A DNA stretch of 41,536 nt from Intoshia linei (GCA_001642005.1 LWCA01000194.1:1-41536); one strand, 5' to 3'; shown: positions 12,251-25,286, numbered from the stretch's first letter. Notes: generated by a model from the letters alone, not told the origin. Numbers and translations are program-made.

Positions 12251-14305
12251 CATAACAGTTAAGTTAGTATTGTACAAAATCAAAATTAAATGAATGTTAA
12301 TTTTTCATAATTTCAATAAATTCGTGAAATTTTCCTGGACCAAAAAAATTTTCGATGTCACCACCAATGGGTCCTAGTCCCACAATTAAAAATATTATAT
12401 ACCCTAAATTTCATGTATTAATAATACGCAATATAATGCATTTATTTTTAACTGATTATTGCCTTTGTTTACCGATGGATCATCAAAGAGTTAAAAAATC
12501 TAAAAATTAAAATAAAAACTAAAACGAGTTTTAAAATTATTTAATTTACAGTTAATAATCAATCTTTTGAATTAATTTTTCGACGATTATTTTCATAAAA
12601 GAGTTATTTTTTTGTTAATTATTTTATGAAAACTACACTATCTAAAAATGGAAGGTTTGTAAGGATATTTCTTGTAATCAATCCTTTAAAGTGGTTTTTA
12701 CGAGATTTATAAAATCTACAGATAATGGACTTTAAAGAGTATTCCAAATATAACCAATCTTTTAAAGTTTTTCTTATGCTAATTTTTAAGAAAAAAAAAT
12801 TGGGTGTTTTTTAGATTATTTAATTTAATGGAGTATATTAATTTTTTAAGAAAAAAAAAATTGTTTTATTGTTAATTTTTTATGAAAACTAAAAATATTG
12901 AATTTTAAAGGTTATTCCGTTTAACCTATCATTTGAAGTAATTTTTACGATGATTGTTTTCACAAAAGATTTGCATGATGATTTAGCTTTTTTAGGGTTA
13001 AATTTTATGTAAAATCTTACATGAATTTTTAGAGCAATTGTTTGAAATATACAAACATGTAATTTGAAATTTGCATCTGTGATATTTATTTTAACAGTAA
13101 GACATTAAAATAATTATTTAATATTATTATTCTTACTCAAATTAATTGGATTAATAAAATCTAAATTAAAAATCAGTGCAACACCTAGTGGTCCAATTGA
13201 AATTTCTCGATGAGTCATATTGTTAACAGTACAATTTGCTCTAATTTATTGTAGTTATCTTTTAATTTTAATGTTTTTATTTGATGTGTGCAATACTTAC
13301 CAGTATAATTAGTATCAAAGGTGGTAATAATTTACTATTTTAAATTCAAATTTTAGTATAAATTTTAAGTTATTTTAATTTTAATAATGTTAATGTGATT
13401 ATCAGTAATACATAATAACAGTGTCGATCTAGGATTTTCAGCCAGGGGGCGAAATGATTTTTAGGGGCCAAACGTATATAATGTATTTAAATTGGAATTT
13501 TTATATTATGTTTATTAAATATTTCTATCTATAATAATTTATATAACTTACACAATATATATGTACATATTTAATATATACAATACAATTGATATATGTA
13601 TAGTATACATTGTATACTATACGGTAGCCATGTCAAACTTTCGGCCCGTCTCGACTTTGTATATGTATAATATACATTTTATATATACTATATTAATAAT
13701 AATAATATATTATTATATATAATATAGTATTTAATAATTTATATTTGTATATAAAATAAATTAGATAAAATAGGACCACTTAACCTTATCATACCTAATC
13801 ATCTTTTTTTCTAATCTTTTATGTCCAGTATTTGTGTTCTTAACAATAAGTTAACACCCTAATATACATACATAAAATATATGTAGTGATTGTGCCAGGG
13901 AAAAAACAAAGACAAAATTCCCGGGATTTCCCGAAAAAAATTGAGACATACCTGTATTTGATTTATGTTTGTTATTACTATGAAAATATGATTATATTAT
14001 AATATTTAAAAGTTACCATTTCAAAAATTCCACCACTAATATAATTTAATCAAAAATACCATTTCAAGCCCTCATAGAAAAATTGACTTACACCGATATT
14101 CTTTTCAAAAATCCGATTTTACGAAATCTTATGAAAAAAATCCACTTTATTTAACCACATATAAAAAATCTAATTTTCCAGCTCTTAATGGAAAAATATC
14201 CTTTTTCCAATAATTTTTTTAAAAACCTCTTATTCCAACCATAAATTATTAACGTTTAAGGGAATTATCTTCTTTTTCCAATATTATTTTGAAAAATATA
14301 AAGAG

Positions 14306-14524
14306 TTGTTACGAACTGGAACGCTATTATCAAGATTGTTAAAATTAAATAAAGCCCTTATGACGATTCAACCTACGTCAACACAAAATGAAAGAAATTT
14401 CTCTAGTGCTTTTAATTTCGTTACAAAACGTAGAACGCGTTTAAAAGACGAATCTATCAATATTTATGTGTGTTTTGAAACACTTTTTCAACAATCTAAA
14501 ATAAATAAATTTTTTTCTAATTAA
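14306..14524 (+). pseudogene. hAT transposase C-terminal dimerisation-domain remnant
   Basis: ALMTIQPTSTQNERNFSSAFNFVTKRRTRLKDESIN fits the hATC motif (PxSxxxERxFS...RxRL). No upstream catalytic core is present. CCCGGGA-type subterminal motifs occur at ~13920 and ~14632. Confidence 0.8.
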
Positions 14525-14666
14525 ATTTGTAAATTTCAATTTAGATTTGTGTTATTTCATTAATTACATTTTTTTTTGTATCTAAAATTTTTAATGCTTG
14601 TATATTATATATGACTAAAAATTTTTATTTTTCCCGGATTTATATATATTAATTTTAGAATTCGAT

Positions 14667-14815
14667 GGGAAATTAGCACTAAAAGTGTGTATTTTTAAAA
14701 TAGAAAAACTAATTCGCAATCTATTCTATTTAACGCTATCTATTCTATTAGTTATTATTATTCTAATAGTTGCATTTGTCATTTTAAAAATACACACTTA
14801 TAGTTCTAATTGCCC
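14667..14815. mobile_element. Foldback/MITE-like inverted repeat
   Basis: Arms 14667-14701 and 14781-14815 are reverse complements at 32 of 35 positions (GGGAAATTAGCACTAAAAGTGTGTATTTTTAAAAT). Confidence 0.75.
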
Positions 14816-15699
14816 TTGATTCTTTAATGGGTGTGACACCCTAATGTATATTAAACATGTAAAATAATTTGATGTATATGTAATGCATAATACCAGTCAT
14901 TTTGAAATGTTACTGTTATATATTTTTAATATCATGCGTAATATACATGTTAGATAACTATTACACCTTAACTAAAATTAAACTGTATCATGACAATAAA
15001 AATGCTTGTTAAGTTTTTATTGCATGACGTTTAGTGAAAACTTAAGACATGTATAACAAAAATTATATAAATAAAAATCGATATTCACAAAGCTAGTTTG
15101 CTGGTTTTTTATTGCTACCTAAAAATCTTGATAACAGTAATATTATTTAGTGATATCAGAACATAACATATAAAAATTAAATTAATTAATACAAAAAATT
15201 AATAACGTTAATATTAAATTACAAACTTGGAAATTTTATGCTAAATAAAATTTATATGATTTGAAAGTGGTGATAATTATAATTTTATTTATATTTATTT
15301 ACAAATTTTTCCTAATCATTCCAAATAAATAATTGATTATTCAATTTCTTTGGTCATAGTCCTTAAAATGCCCAAAACTGGAAATTGTACCAATAAAATT
15401 AAAATAAATTTTTTTATTGACAATAAATCAATTTTAATGTCCAGCTTTATTTTAACACAGGCTAATTTTAAGAAAAAGTATGCTGAGTATCAAGCATTAA
15501 AATGTTTAAAAGATGTTTTAACTTGTAATTAAAATAAATAACTATTATTACATTACACATCTACATTGTACGTTTTACAACACTAATTTTACATTTAGCT
15601 TTTAAAATAATTTTCCTCATTCATAAATTTTATAACTTAAAAAAATGTTGATAATATTATTATTTAAAGATGTATGTCATACCATAAGCAATGTTTATG

Positions 15700-15915
15700 T
15701 GTGTTTATAACGAGCCACCTAATATTGAATGAGTATATAGCCTAAAGGAAAAAGTGTTTTTTTTGATGTATGGTTTGTTAATAAATAATATAATCAAATA
15801 AATTATTTGAATGTGTTCATTATTAATGTTGATAATGATGTTTATTTTTAATCGATTTGCTTATTGAAATCGTTATTAACTTTTGAGCTTTTATCTTGTT
15901 GAGTATGATTTATAC
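15700..15915 (+). repeat. Diverged direct repeat, copy 2 of 10695-10990
   Basis: Same ordered sequence blocks as copy 1. Confidence 0.75.
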
Positions 15916-16961
15916 ATGTGTCGTACGCATTGCGCAATCTTGAAAATTGGACATTTCTAATAATATGCAAGTTTAATTTGGACAATCTTAGTAATCACAT
16001 TTTATCATTCAAATAGGTATAAATAAATTTTACACATTTTTTTCCACCTTCACCGCTCATTTACTTACATTATATTACACAGGACAACATTTTTACCGTT
16101 TTAAAAAAATTTCTGCTAGGTTTTATTTTTAAATGATAGACCGAATTGCAAAATGTATATTTTGAAAGATAGAGGGAAATGTGTATTCTAGTTACCGTAA
16201 TAATATCATTAATATTATTTTATACAAACGATTATTGCATAATTTAAATCATTAAGTGTACTATTTTGGCTAACTAATATTTTTTAAATACATAATTAAA
16301 AATGGTGAATCTAATGAAACTATAAAAATTGCAGTTATGAAATTATTTTTAAAAAAAGGAAAAAATTTACCCTAATCATAGGTTTTTTAAAGAATTTCTG
16401 GGATATTTTTTTACAGTACAATCTACACGAGAAGACGCAAATATAATCCCATGACACAAAATTATTGATAATCCAGATTTTTTTTAAATTAAGTTTTAAT
16501 AATTAACAAATTTTTTTCAGTGTTGTTCAGTGTTATCTTACGTTTATACGTTATATACATTATATTACCAAAATACTTTATAAAAGTTTTTTAATATATA
16601 ACATGGATATTTTTGTGTTTAACAAATTAAAATTAAGTGGTTCTGCTCAACATTTTACTTAAATAGGGCTGAATTTGCACTGAACAGTTTAATTAGTAAA
16701 TTAGTTACTATTGTACAGCAAGAATAATAAGTTTGAGAAAAAGTGATTTGGATTAATAATTACATTGATGAATTAACAATTCAAACTAAAAACCAGTTAT
16801 TGATAAAGTACATTTTTACACTACATTTTACCAAATTGTCTATCAAAATTAATTTACATCATTTGTGTATTGGTATAAATTAATTGGTTTTTTGTTCAAG
16901 TGTTGCAAGAATATCTACAAATATAAATTTATCTAAACTAAAATCAATTTGAATTAAAAAT

Positions 16962-18982
16962 ATGGTTATAGAGTATGTAGTTTTTTGGTAATATTTTAAA
17001 TATAAATAATCAAACTGTCTTTTGTGGAAGATCTGTAGAATTTTATAACTTTTTAATTAAAAAGTTAAATAAACAACATTTAGTTTGGACACATCGGATT
17101 ACCTGAGAAATGGAGATTTCATTCCAAACAGGTAAATAAATTTTTTTATTACAGTACAATAATAGAATGATTGCTCAAATTGACGCTTCTATAATGTTTT
17201 GTGAGACTATTATGAATGGCAACCCTGAAAGTAAGGTTGGACTAATGACAATGAAGTATTTTATTCTCTACATTTTATATTTAAAATTAGACCTAAGGTT
17301 TTAATGACTTTAACTAATAATGTACATCTCATCACATCTTATATTGATATGCTAAAAATATCTGAAGATAAACAAAATTTTGATAAATCGATACGAACAG
17401 CTCACGTAATAACTATTAAAACAGTAAGTATTATAATTATAGCTTGTTTTAAAGAACAGTTTGCCAGAAAATAATAAAACTCGCATTGTTGCTTTCGTAG
17501 CTAGCCCACTTGAAAACACAGACTTGGAATTATCGTTGGAAAATTATTATAAATTTTATATACTTTAGCAATCTCGCTTCATGTCTGAGATCAGAAAATA
17601 TTCAAGTAGATGTTGTCAATTTCGGGGAAGACGTAAAATATTTAATTATAAATTAAAGTGTACTTTAGGAATCAAATAAATTAAAATTTGAAAGATTTAT
17701 TCAAATACTAAATGGAAGAAAAGGGAAAGGGTATATCAAGATATTTCTAAATATATTTTTAGTTCAACTTTGGTAAATGTTCCCAGAGGTTCAGTTTTGA
17801 TAAATGAACTTCAAAAATCTGCAATGATAAATTCTGACGGCCCAGGGAATTTTGAATTTGGAGTAGATCCAAGTGTTGATCCTGAATTGGCAATGGTAAT
17901 TAATATCATCAACCAACGAAAAAAACAATGATGATTAAAATATCTCATAGGCTCTGAAAATGTCAATGCAAGATCAAAAAAGAACATCAAAAAGTGGAGC
18001 AAGTGAAGGAAAAAATACTCATGTACCAGGTTAACGTAATAGTTATTTCATAATGTTATTTTAGATAAAAGTACATTACCCAGTAAAATTTCAAATAGTC
18101 AAAAAACTGGTAATAATGAATTAGAATCAGTAGATTTTAAAGAAATGTCAGAAGATGAACAACTTAAATATGCCTTAGAATTATCTTTAAAAGGTAGAAT
18201 GTCTAATCTATCTATTTATTTTAAAATAGAATCAAATACTCAAAAACCCGAACCGATGAAAATAGATTATGACTGTGCTGATTCCCTAATCAAAAATTTA
18301 ACAGTAAGCGCTACAATGTACGAAATACATAGCGAAAAATTATTTATTCATAATTTCTATATAGTAAATGACGGGTTTGCTAATTAACCTATACTAATAA
18401 CCAAAAATACATTTTAAGATCTTTACTAACTACAGTTTATATCAAAAATATATTATATACCAGAAAATTTTATGAGTGTCCAGCTAAAAATTGAAAATGA
18501 ACTATACACCATTTCACAGAGATGCAAATCAGATTTTTGTGATTTTCTGAAAAAAATAGTTGTAAAATACAAAAAACAAATGGATGGCCATTTTTACATT
18601 TTTGTGTAAATAAATCATTTTTTATATAATTATTTATAGCATGCCTACTTGTGTTTATTGATCGAGAAATCTCAGGTACGGTTTTACCCGCTAAAATTAA
18701 GTTTTCAATATTTGCGTTTTCCTTTCACGTTAATTTTTTTCTCATTAGCATTATGACTAATATATTAATATACTGGATATACATATACTATAAAAGAATA
18801 ATAATTATCAATTTAATTAAGCTACAATTTGAAGTTAAACGTGATTTTGGGACACTTTTTTCTATTACAAAAATTATTTATTTTATAACAATTTTAATAT
18901 TTAATAGGTCACTACCTCTGATAAAAAGGATAATTTGACTGATAAAAAGACAGATGATTCCGATACAATGGATCTAGATTAA
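16962..18982 (+). CDS. PSMD4: 26S proteasome non-ATPase subunit 4 (Rpn10/S5a), multi-exon
   Basis: Spliced product: MVIEYVVFCLDTSDYLRNGDFIPNR..NPESKVGLMT..IRTAHLVLK..TRIVAFVASP..VDVVNFGED (vWA domain), FEFGVDPSVDPELAMALKMSM (UIM), MSEDEQLKYALELSL (UIM). Last exon 18908-18982 ends DTMDLD*. Confidence 0.93.
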
Positions 18983-20527
18983 ATTTTGTTTTTGAAATAA
19001 ATAATTTTATACAATGTTAAATTATTCACTTGTATTGTTTTTGTTGCTAAGAAGGACATACATATTTATAATTTTGATGAATACATCTCCCTTTTATATG
19101 TGTACATTGTACAGTGTACAATGTACACTAAGGTGTCTCAAAAAAAATGAAAAATTATATTTTTGAACATATTTAGGTATAACAGTGATCAAGTATAAAA
19201 AAATGATATTTCCAAAATATTAATGCATTTCAACGAATATTGAAGATAGTCTGACCAAATAAAGTTTTCTATATATACTATATATTACAAAATTAAAACT
19301 GAACTTTTTTTAACGGAAATTGGCGTTTGAGCTTTTAAACGTGGTACCGACTTCATAATATTGTTCTCTATGTTTAGTTATACAGTTTATATCTCTATAT
19401 ATAATACATTTCATTTTCAATTATATATAGATCTACATAACATTATTTAATCACAACATGTAAATAGCATTTGAACATATTTACAATTCAATCCATTTAA
19501 ATGTTAAAATTAAAATAACAATAACGGACTAACTAATAACGAAAATTAAATTTAATTAACATATACTCAATATCATGTTATATTTAACTTTTAATTGTAA
19601 ATGACTTAAATTACGCCAATATATCAAATTTATAATCAATTGGTACATAAAGTGTGTGTAAAAAAAATTAATTCCATTTTTTTGTAGTAAATTTTGAAGT
19701 TGTTCATTTTTAAACAATAAATCACACCTTTATCTAATAAATGGATAGATAATTTTGGTTATTTTTATTAGCAAATATGGAATAATTAAACAGCTTATAT
19801 TGGCTAAATTAATACGATCGTAAGGGCGTTTTGATAAAACTTTCCCCCAAAAAAAATTACACAGTGATGGTATATGTGATATATTCAAATTAATAATGAA
19901 GATTACCAATGTGGACTATTTTTGAAGACATTCATCCGAAAATACACCCTAAAATTTTTTTCGAATTCGATGTCATGCCATATGGCCTATGGTCATCTGT
20001 TCACGGACTGAATTTAACTATTAAGATTTAAAAAATATTTTTTTCAATGATCAATTTTACAAAAATAACACACATAAATAAAATGTAAATTTTTTATCTT
20101 AATAAAAACTTGAATCGGCAAAAACAGATGGAAATTTTGAAAGTTTAATCCAATTTGAAAAATTTAGGCAAAGTCAAAAATGTAACTTTTTGATTAAAAT
20201 ATTTTAAATTGCCCTTGAATAGAATTTGATTTAAACTTTTCAATTTGAAGTAAATTGATATATACCCACGGCCGCACATAAACGCTCTTACGGCCTCAGG
20301 TTGTGGACCCCTGATTTAAACTTTGTGTGTTAAAAAAACAACGTATATCACGTTGCTTAGCGTATTGAACTTTAATATGGAACACTATTTGTGTGTTAAG
20401 AGTCTTAACTTAAAACTAACTAAAAAAATTGACCATATAGACATAACTTTATTTACTAATACTTTAATACATTTTATCGTGAAAACGTTAAACAATTTTA
20501 TAAATTAACTTTCTGTATAAAAGTATT

Positions 20528-23500
20528 ATGGAAGTACAATGGAGCCAGTTAAATCCACATATACACCCAAAACTTATTAAGGCGTTAATAAAATGCAATT
20601 TTAAAAGACCCACCAATGTTCAGGTATATTACATTGCAAATCCCTGCTTAAATGGTGTGAATATTCGTTTAGATTAGCACAATTCAAAAATTGAACAAAA
20701 ATTTTGATGTTGTAGTAGAGGCAATTACTGGAAGCGGAAAAACCTTGGCTTTTGTTGTGCCAATTCTACAAAAATTGTTAAATTCTACCATCAACAAGTA
20801 CCACGTAAATTCCATCATAATTAGCCCAACACGCGAATTGGCTCAACAAACATTCAATTTATTTTCAATGCTGATTAATGCTTTAGAGTTGAAGAATAGT
20901 TTGTTTTTATTGGTTGGCGGCAAAAACATAAAGGACAGCGTTCGTTCAATGGATAAAATTGGGTATTTACTTTTTTATTTGCATTAATATTTGATTAAGA
21001 TGCAATATTCTTGTGGTTACACCGGGAAGACTACTTCAACTACTTAAACTGGATGATTATTCTCTTTTAGGAAAAAAGGCAAAATTAGTAGTGTCTTTAC
21101 CTCCTTTGTGTTGCCTCGTTAAAAATCTTGTAATATAAATTTTAGATATATTTAATGTCATTATTTAGAAATTTTTAGTTCTTGATGAAGCAGACAGATT
21201 AATCGATTTGGGATTTATAAAAAGGTAATTATTACTTGTACGAATTATCATTTTCTAGTATTTCATCTATTTTGAATTATCTACCTAAACAAAGACGTAC
21301 TGCATTGTTGTCAGCAACATTGAGAGACGGCACTATACAAGAATTGGTAAGGACGGGTTTACGTAACCCTGTGGAAATATTTGTGAAGCAGTCAGTATAT
21401 TCTGATGTTTGCTCTTCTAAAGAAATGAATAATAGTCTAAAAAGAACATCTGACTCAGTCGATGAAGTGGACACGGGAGAATTTAGAACACCAACTTCTT
21501 TGATCAACTACTACACAGTATTTTTTTATATGAATTATTTTAAATTTTAGGTGATAGAAGCTAACGATAAATTACCATTTTTATTGAATTTTTTTAATGA
21601 AAATAATAACATCAAAGGTATTATTATATTGGTTGTGAACTAACTTCATGTGTCAATATTTTTTTAATTTATAAAATCATGTAAAACCAACTTGATTTAT
21701 AATAAATATGATTTAGTGAGTTATTTAATCCATCAGTCTTTCTCAAATTATTAACCTCGTAATTTTATTTGCAAATTTCAAAACACTTAAAAACAATTAG
21801 TGAGTACAAAAAGTTTGAGACAATACTATTTTAATTTTTGAAAAGGTTTTACATTACACTCACCAAAAAACTAAAATTGTAATTAGTAATATTGTTTATG
21901 CCGACATGCTCTTGCGTTGATTATTTTGGATATATTCTCAAGTATAATTTAATATACATTTTATAAAATAATTAGAAAATTATTGCCTAATAGAAAAATT
22001 TTTTTACTTCATCGCAAAATCGTAAATAGACAAAAAGAAATGGACAGTTTCTACAGTAGTAAATCATCAATTCTTATTTGTACTGATATATTATCACGTG
22101 GAATTGATGTACCTGGTATTGATTGGGTAATTCATTACGAGGCACCATCAAATGCAAGGTACTTTTAAATGATTAAAAATAACAACAATTTAGTGCTTTT
22201 GTCCATAGATGTGGTAGAACCGCTAGAATGGGAAATAAGGGATATTCATTATTGTTTCTTTCTAAATCTGAATTATTATACCTTGATTTTATAAAACGAA
22301 ATCAAAAGGTTGTTTGTTAAATATTGCAATTAATAAATTTTAGGTAGAAATGAAAAATTATGATGTACCTAAAATAAGTTGTACATCCACTGAAGAAATG
22401 TTTGAAAATTTGAGAAAAGATTTATCTAATGACAGGTTTATAAAATGTATAAACATATAACATTTTCAGGGATTTATACATAAAAAGTATTAAAGCTTTC
22501 GTTTCCTTTATACAATTCTATAAGAAGCATGAATGTTACATGATACTTAATTATAGAGGTGAAATTTAAAATATTTAAACTAAAATCTACATAAACTTAA
22601 TTCTATTCGGTGGATGAAATCTTATAATAAATTCAGACATTGTCGCATACCAAAAATCAATCGTTCTACTGCCTATATGTCTATATAAGTTTTTCCCAAA
22701 CTTTTTTACTACATTACCCATATGATGGTATTTATTTTTATATTACCCACAATATTTTTTTAACTATATTAATTTTTTTAGCATATTGGATGGTTAGGTT
22801 TTTAGAATAAGAGTCAGTATTTTTTTTCAAAATCTAATTTTACAAAATAGTAAAATAAAATCAATTCTGAATTTTATTAAAAAAAAATAGGGAAAGTCGG
22901 TTTTCGACTCTGAATAATTCAATGTATGAAAATTTAACTTTCACAAAAACATCACTCTCGCAAAACTATTACAAATGTGATTTTTTTAAATTCTAGAACG
23001 GTTAAGTTTTTAAATAAACTGCGAGATACACATTCAATTTCATATATATGTAAAGAATACACATTATGGCTCTTGAAAACCATTTTATTCTATGATAACA
23101 TTTTATAAATCAATATTGATGAATTATATTATTTAGGAAAAATTATATTTTATAGTTACTGTGCATGCGACGCAAAAAAAATAAAAAAATTTTCGCGATT
23201 ACCCATGAAAAATATGAAATTAGCCACTCGTGGGTAAATACCCACAATGTGGGTCTCATATGTTGGGAATCACTGATATATATAATATCATTTTTGTTAA
23301 ACCGTCACTCCAGCTCCAATCTCGAAGTATTTGTAACTACATGTAATAGGGGCGTCAGCAAAACATTTTTATATAAAGTACACCCAATCACACAACGAGG
23401 AATTGTAATAACTTCAATTGGTACCTAACCTTATAGGTTGTAGTTTTTAAAAACTCTGTAGCAAAATTATTAAAGTTTTGAACATTTAATCGCTAAATTT

Positions 23501-23986
23501 ATAAATTTTAAAAAAATATTTTTATTTAGATTTAAATATTGATTCCCTGGCTATTGGTTATGGATTATTACACTTACCTAAAATGACAGAAATGTCAAGA
23601 ATGAATCGTTCAAATAAATTCAAAGAACTAAAAATTGACTTTACAAAGATACCTTTCAAGTAAACCATTAATTTATTTAACTAATAAAATTAGAGATTCT
23701 GTTAAAGAAGAAAACAGATTAAAATCCCTTAGTAAGGAAAAAACCAACAAAAAAATTGTTGTTAAAAAGAAAAAGTTTAAAGTTAAGAAAAAATCAAACT
23801 CAAAAAAAATGAACGAATTATTAGAGATTGAAGAAATTAATGCTGATTTTCGGATATTACAACGTTACAAAAAAAAGAAGGTAATTTTCATTTAAAGTTT
23901 AAACAATTATTTTAATAAATTAGATTTCAAAACAAGAATTTGAAAGTTTACTCATAACTGTACGGAAAAAAACTAAGTTGTCATGA
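20528..23986 (+). CDS. DDX55: ATP-dependent RNA helicase DDX55/Spb4, multi-exon
   Basis: Q motif [103 protein letters not shown] (DDX55-type C-terminal extension), Lys-rich tail, TGA at 23984-23986. Confidence 0.93.
22687..23275. mobile_element. hAT (Charlie-type) MITE, family B, in a DDX55 intron
   Basis: Degenerate left TIR AAGTTTTTCCCAAAC and right TIR GTTGGGAATCACTG; subterminal TTACCCA repeats; shares GTTACTGTGCATGCGACGCAAAAAAA and GGTAAATACCCACA with 32450-32735. Confidence 0.75.
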
Positions 23987-24078
23987 TAATATTTGTACAT
24001 AAATTATGTTAATAAACTTTTATTCAGCTATTTTATGCACTCTGAATTAATTTATGAATAAATTATTCAAATTTTTAG

Positions 24079-25286
24079 ATGAAAAAAATATTGAAAAAGT
24101 AAGATAATTTTTGATTCATAACATTTTAATTTAGTAAGATTTCGCTAAACAGTGCCAATATGGATTCATTGCAGATGAGAAACAATATTCAGACTGGAGT
24201 TTTGTCGTCTATTAAAACTTTGAACAAACATGATTCAAATATTTCTAATCAATACACAAAAATGGAATATTTAAAAGTTGATAATAAACCAGAATACCTA
24301 AATAAAATTGCTATTGTGGTTCAAAGCGGCGTAACAAGGGTTGAAAAATATGTTTCAGAGGAATATATAATGTGGCAACTTTCCTATATTTTAAAGAAAA
24401 AACTAACTTCCTGTGCAATGATTGAGGATATTATAAATGGTAAACTTGGATAATTAAAAAATGAAACAAGTTTAGAGTTAATGAGCCATACAGATTTGTC
24501 TGAAAGAGACTCATTTGCAGTAAAAGGATTAAATGCAAAAACGGAGAAAATATTAGTTCCATCAGATATTTCTTATCCAAAGAATAATTTTCATTTCAGT
24601 CAAGAAGAAGAACTCAAAATGAGTAATTTAAAAGAGTTTGTGAAAAAGTTTAAAGCAAAACGTATATCTCTCAATATGACTCAGCGTAAAATTTTAAATT
24701 TTAATATGTCACCATTAGAAGAAGGGTTCCACTGTAGGGTTGAAAAATTTGTGTTGTTAAAGTAGTCCTATATATATATATATATATATTTTGTAGATGA
24801 TGTTGGCAATGTTTTGGAATTTCCCGATTTAAATATAGGATATAGTCAATCTTCAGTATGCAGGTTGTTTAATGTAAATGTGTAGTAAACATTATTAGAT
24901 TTGAAAATCTCGATTTGTCCATTTCTGCCGCACTCAAAATGCGTCCAATCATTGAAAAATGGATGATAAATGTTGACAGAAACCAAAATTGTCAAGGTAG
25001 AATTGAAAGTGTCTACCATAATGTAACGAAAAGATGTACCAAAAGAAAATCACGAACATGCTTCACAAAATCAGACATCGACATTCTCTCCACATTTTTT
25101 GAAAATAATACACATCCAAACGGTAAATTTTAAATTTAGCGTTTTATTGGTTTCTACAATTATATAGATTTGGAACTCAAAGAAATATCCCAATATATGA
25201 AATACCAAGAAAGTGTTATTCGTGTTTGGTTCAGCAATAAACGCCAACAAATTAAACTTAAATCTCAAAAATTTGTTATGAGTTAA
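24079..25286 (+). CDS. POU6: POU-domain homeobox transcription factor, class VI-like (POU6/pdm3), multi-exon
   Basis: POU-specific domain LKEFVKKFKAKRISLNMTQHDVG..GYSQSSVCRFENLDLSISAALKMRPIIEKW; homeodomain KRKSRTCFT..FFENNTHPN..MKYQESVIRVWFSNKRQ. YSQS, NTHP and YxxxVxRVW are class VI hallmarks. Start is 24079 or the in-frame ATG at 24160. Confidence 0.88.
24769..24789. repeat. (TA)n microsatellite in POU intron
   Basis: About 10 TA units. Confidence 0.9.

Noticed and set aside
13884-14681. TAGTG...CACTA as TIRs delimiting the hAT remnant
   Set aside because: The right-hand CACTA belongs to the separate 14667-14815 foldback arm; the match is too weak and there is no TSD.
15929-15938. Perfect C/EBP-type palindrome ATTGCGCAAT ~1 kb upstream of Rpn10
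   Set aside because: A single 10-mer next to a repeat with no supporting context.
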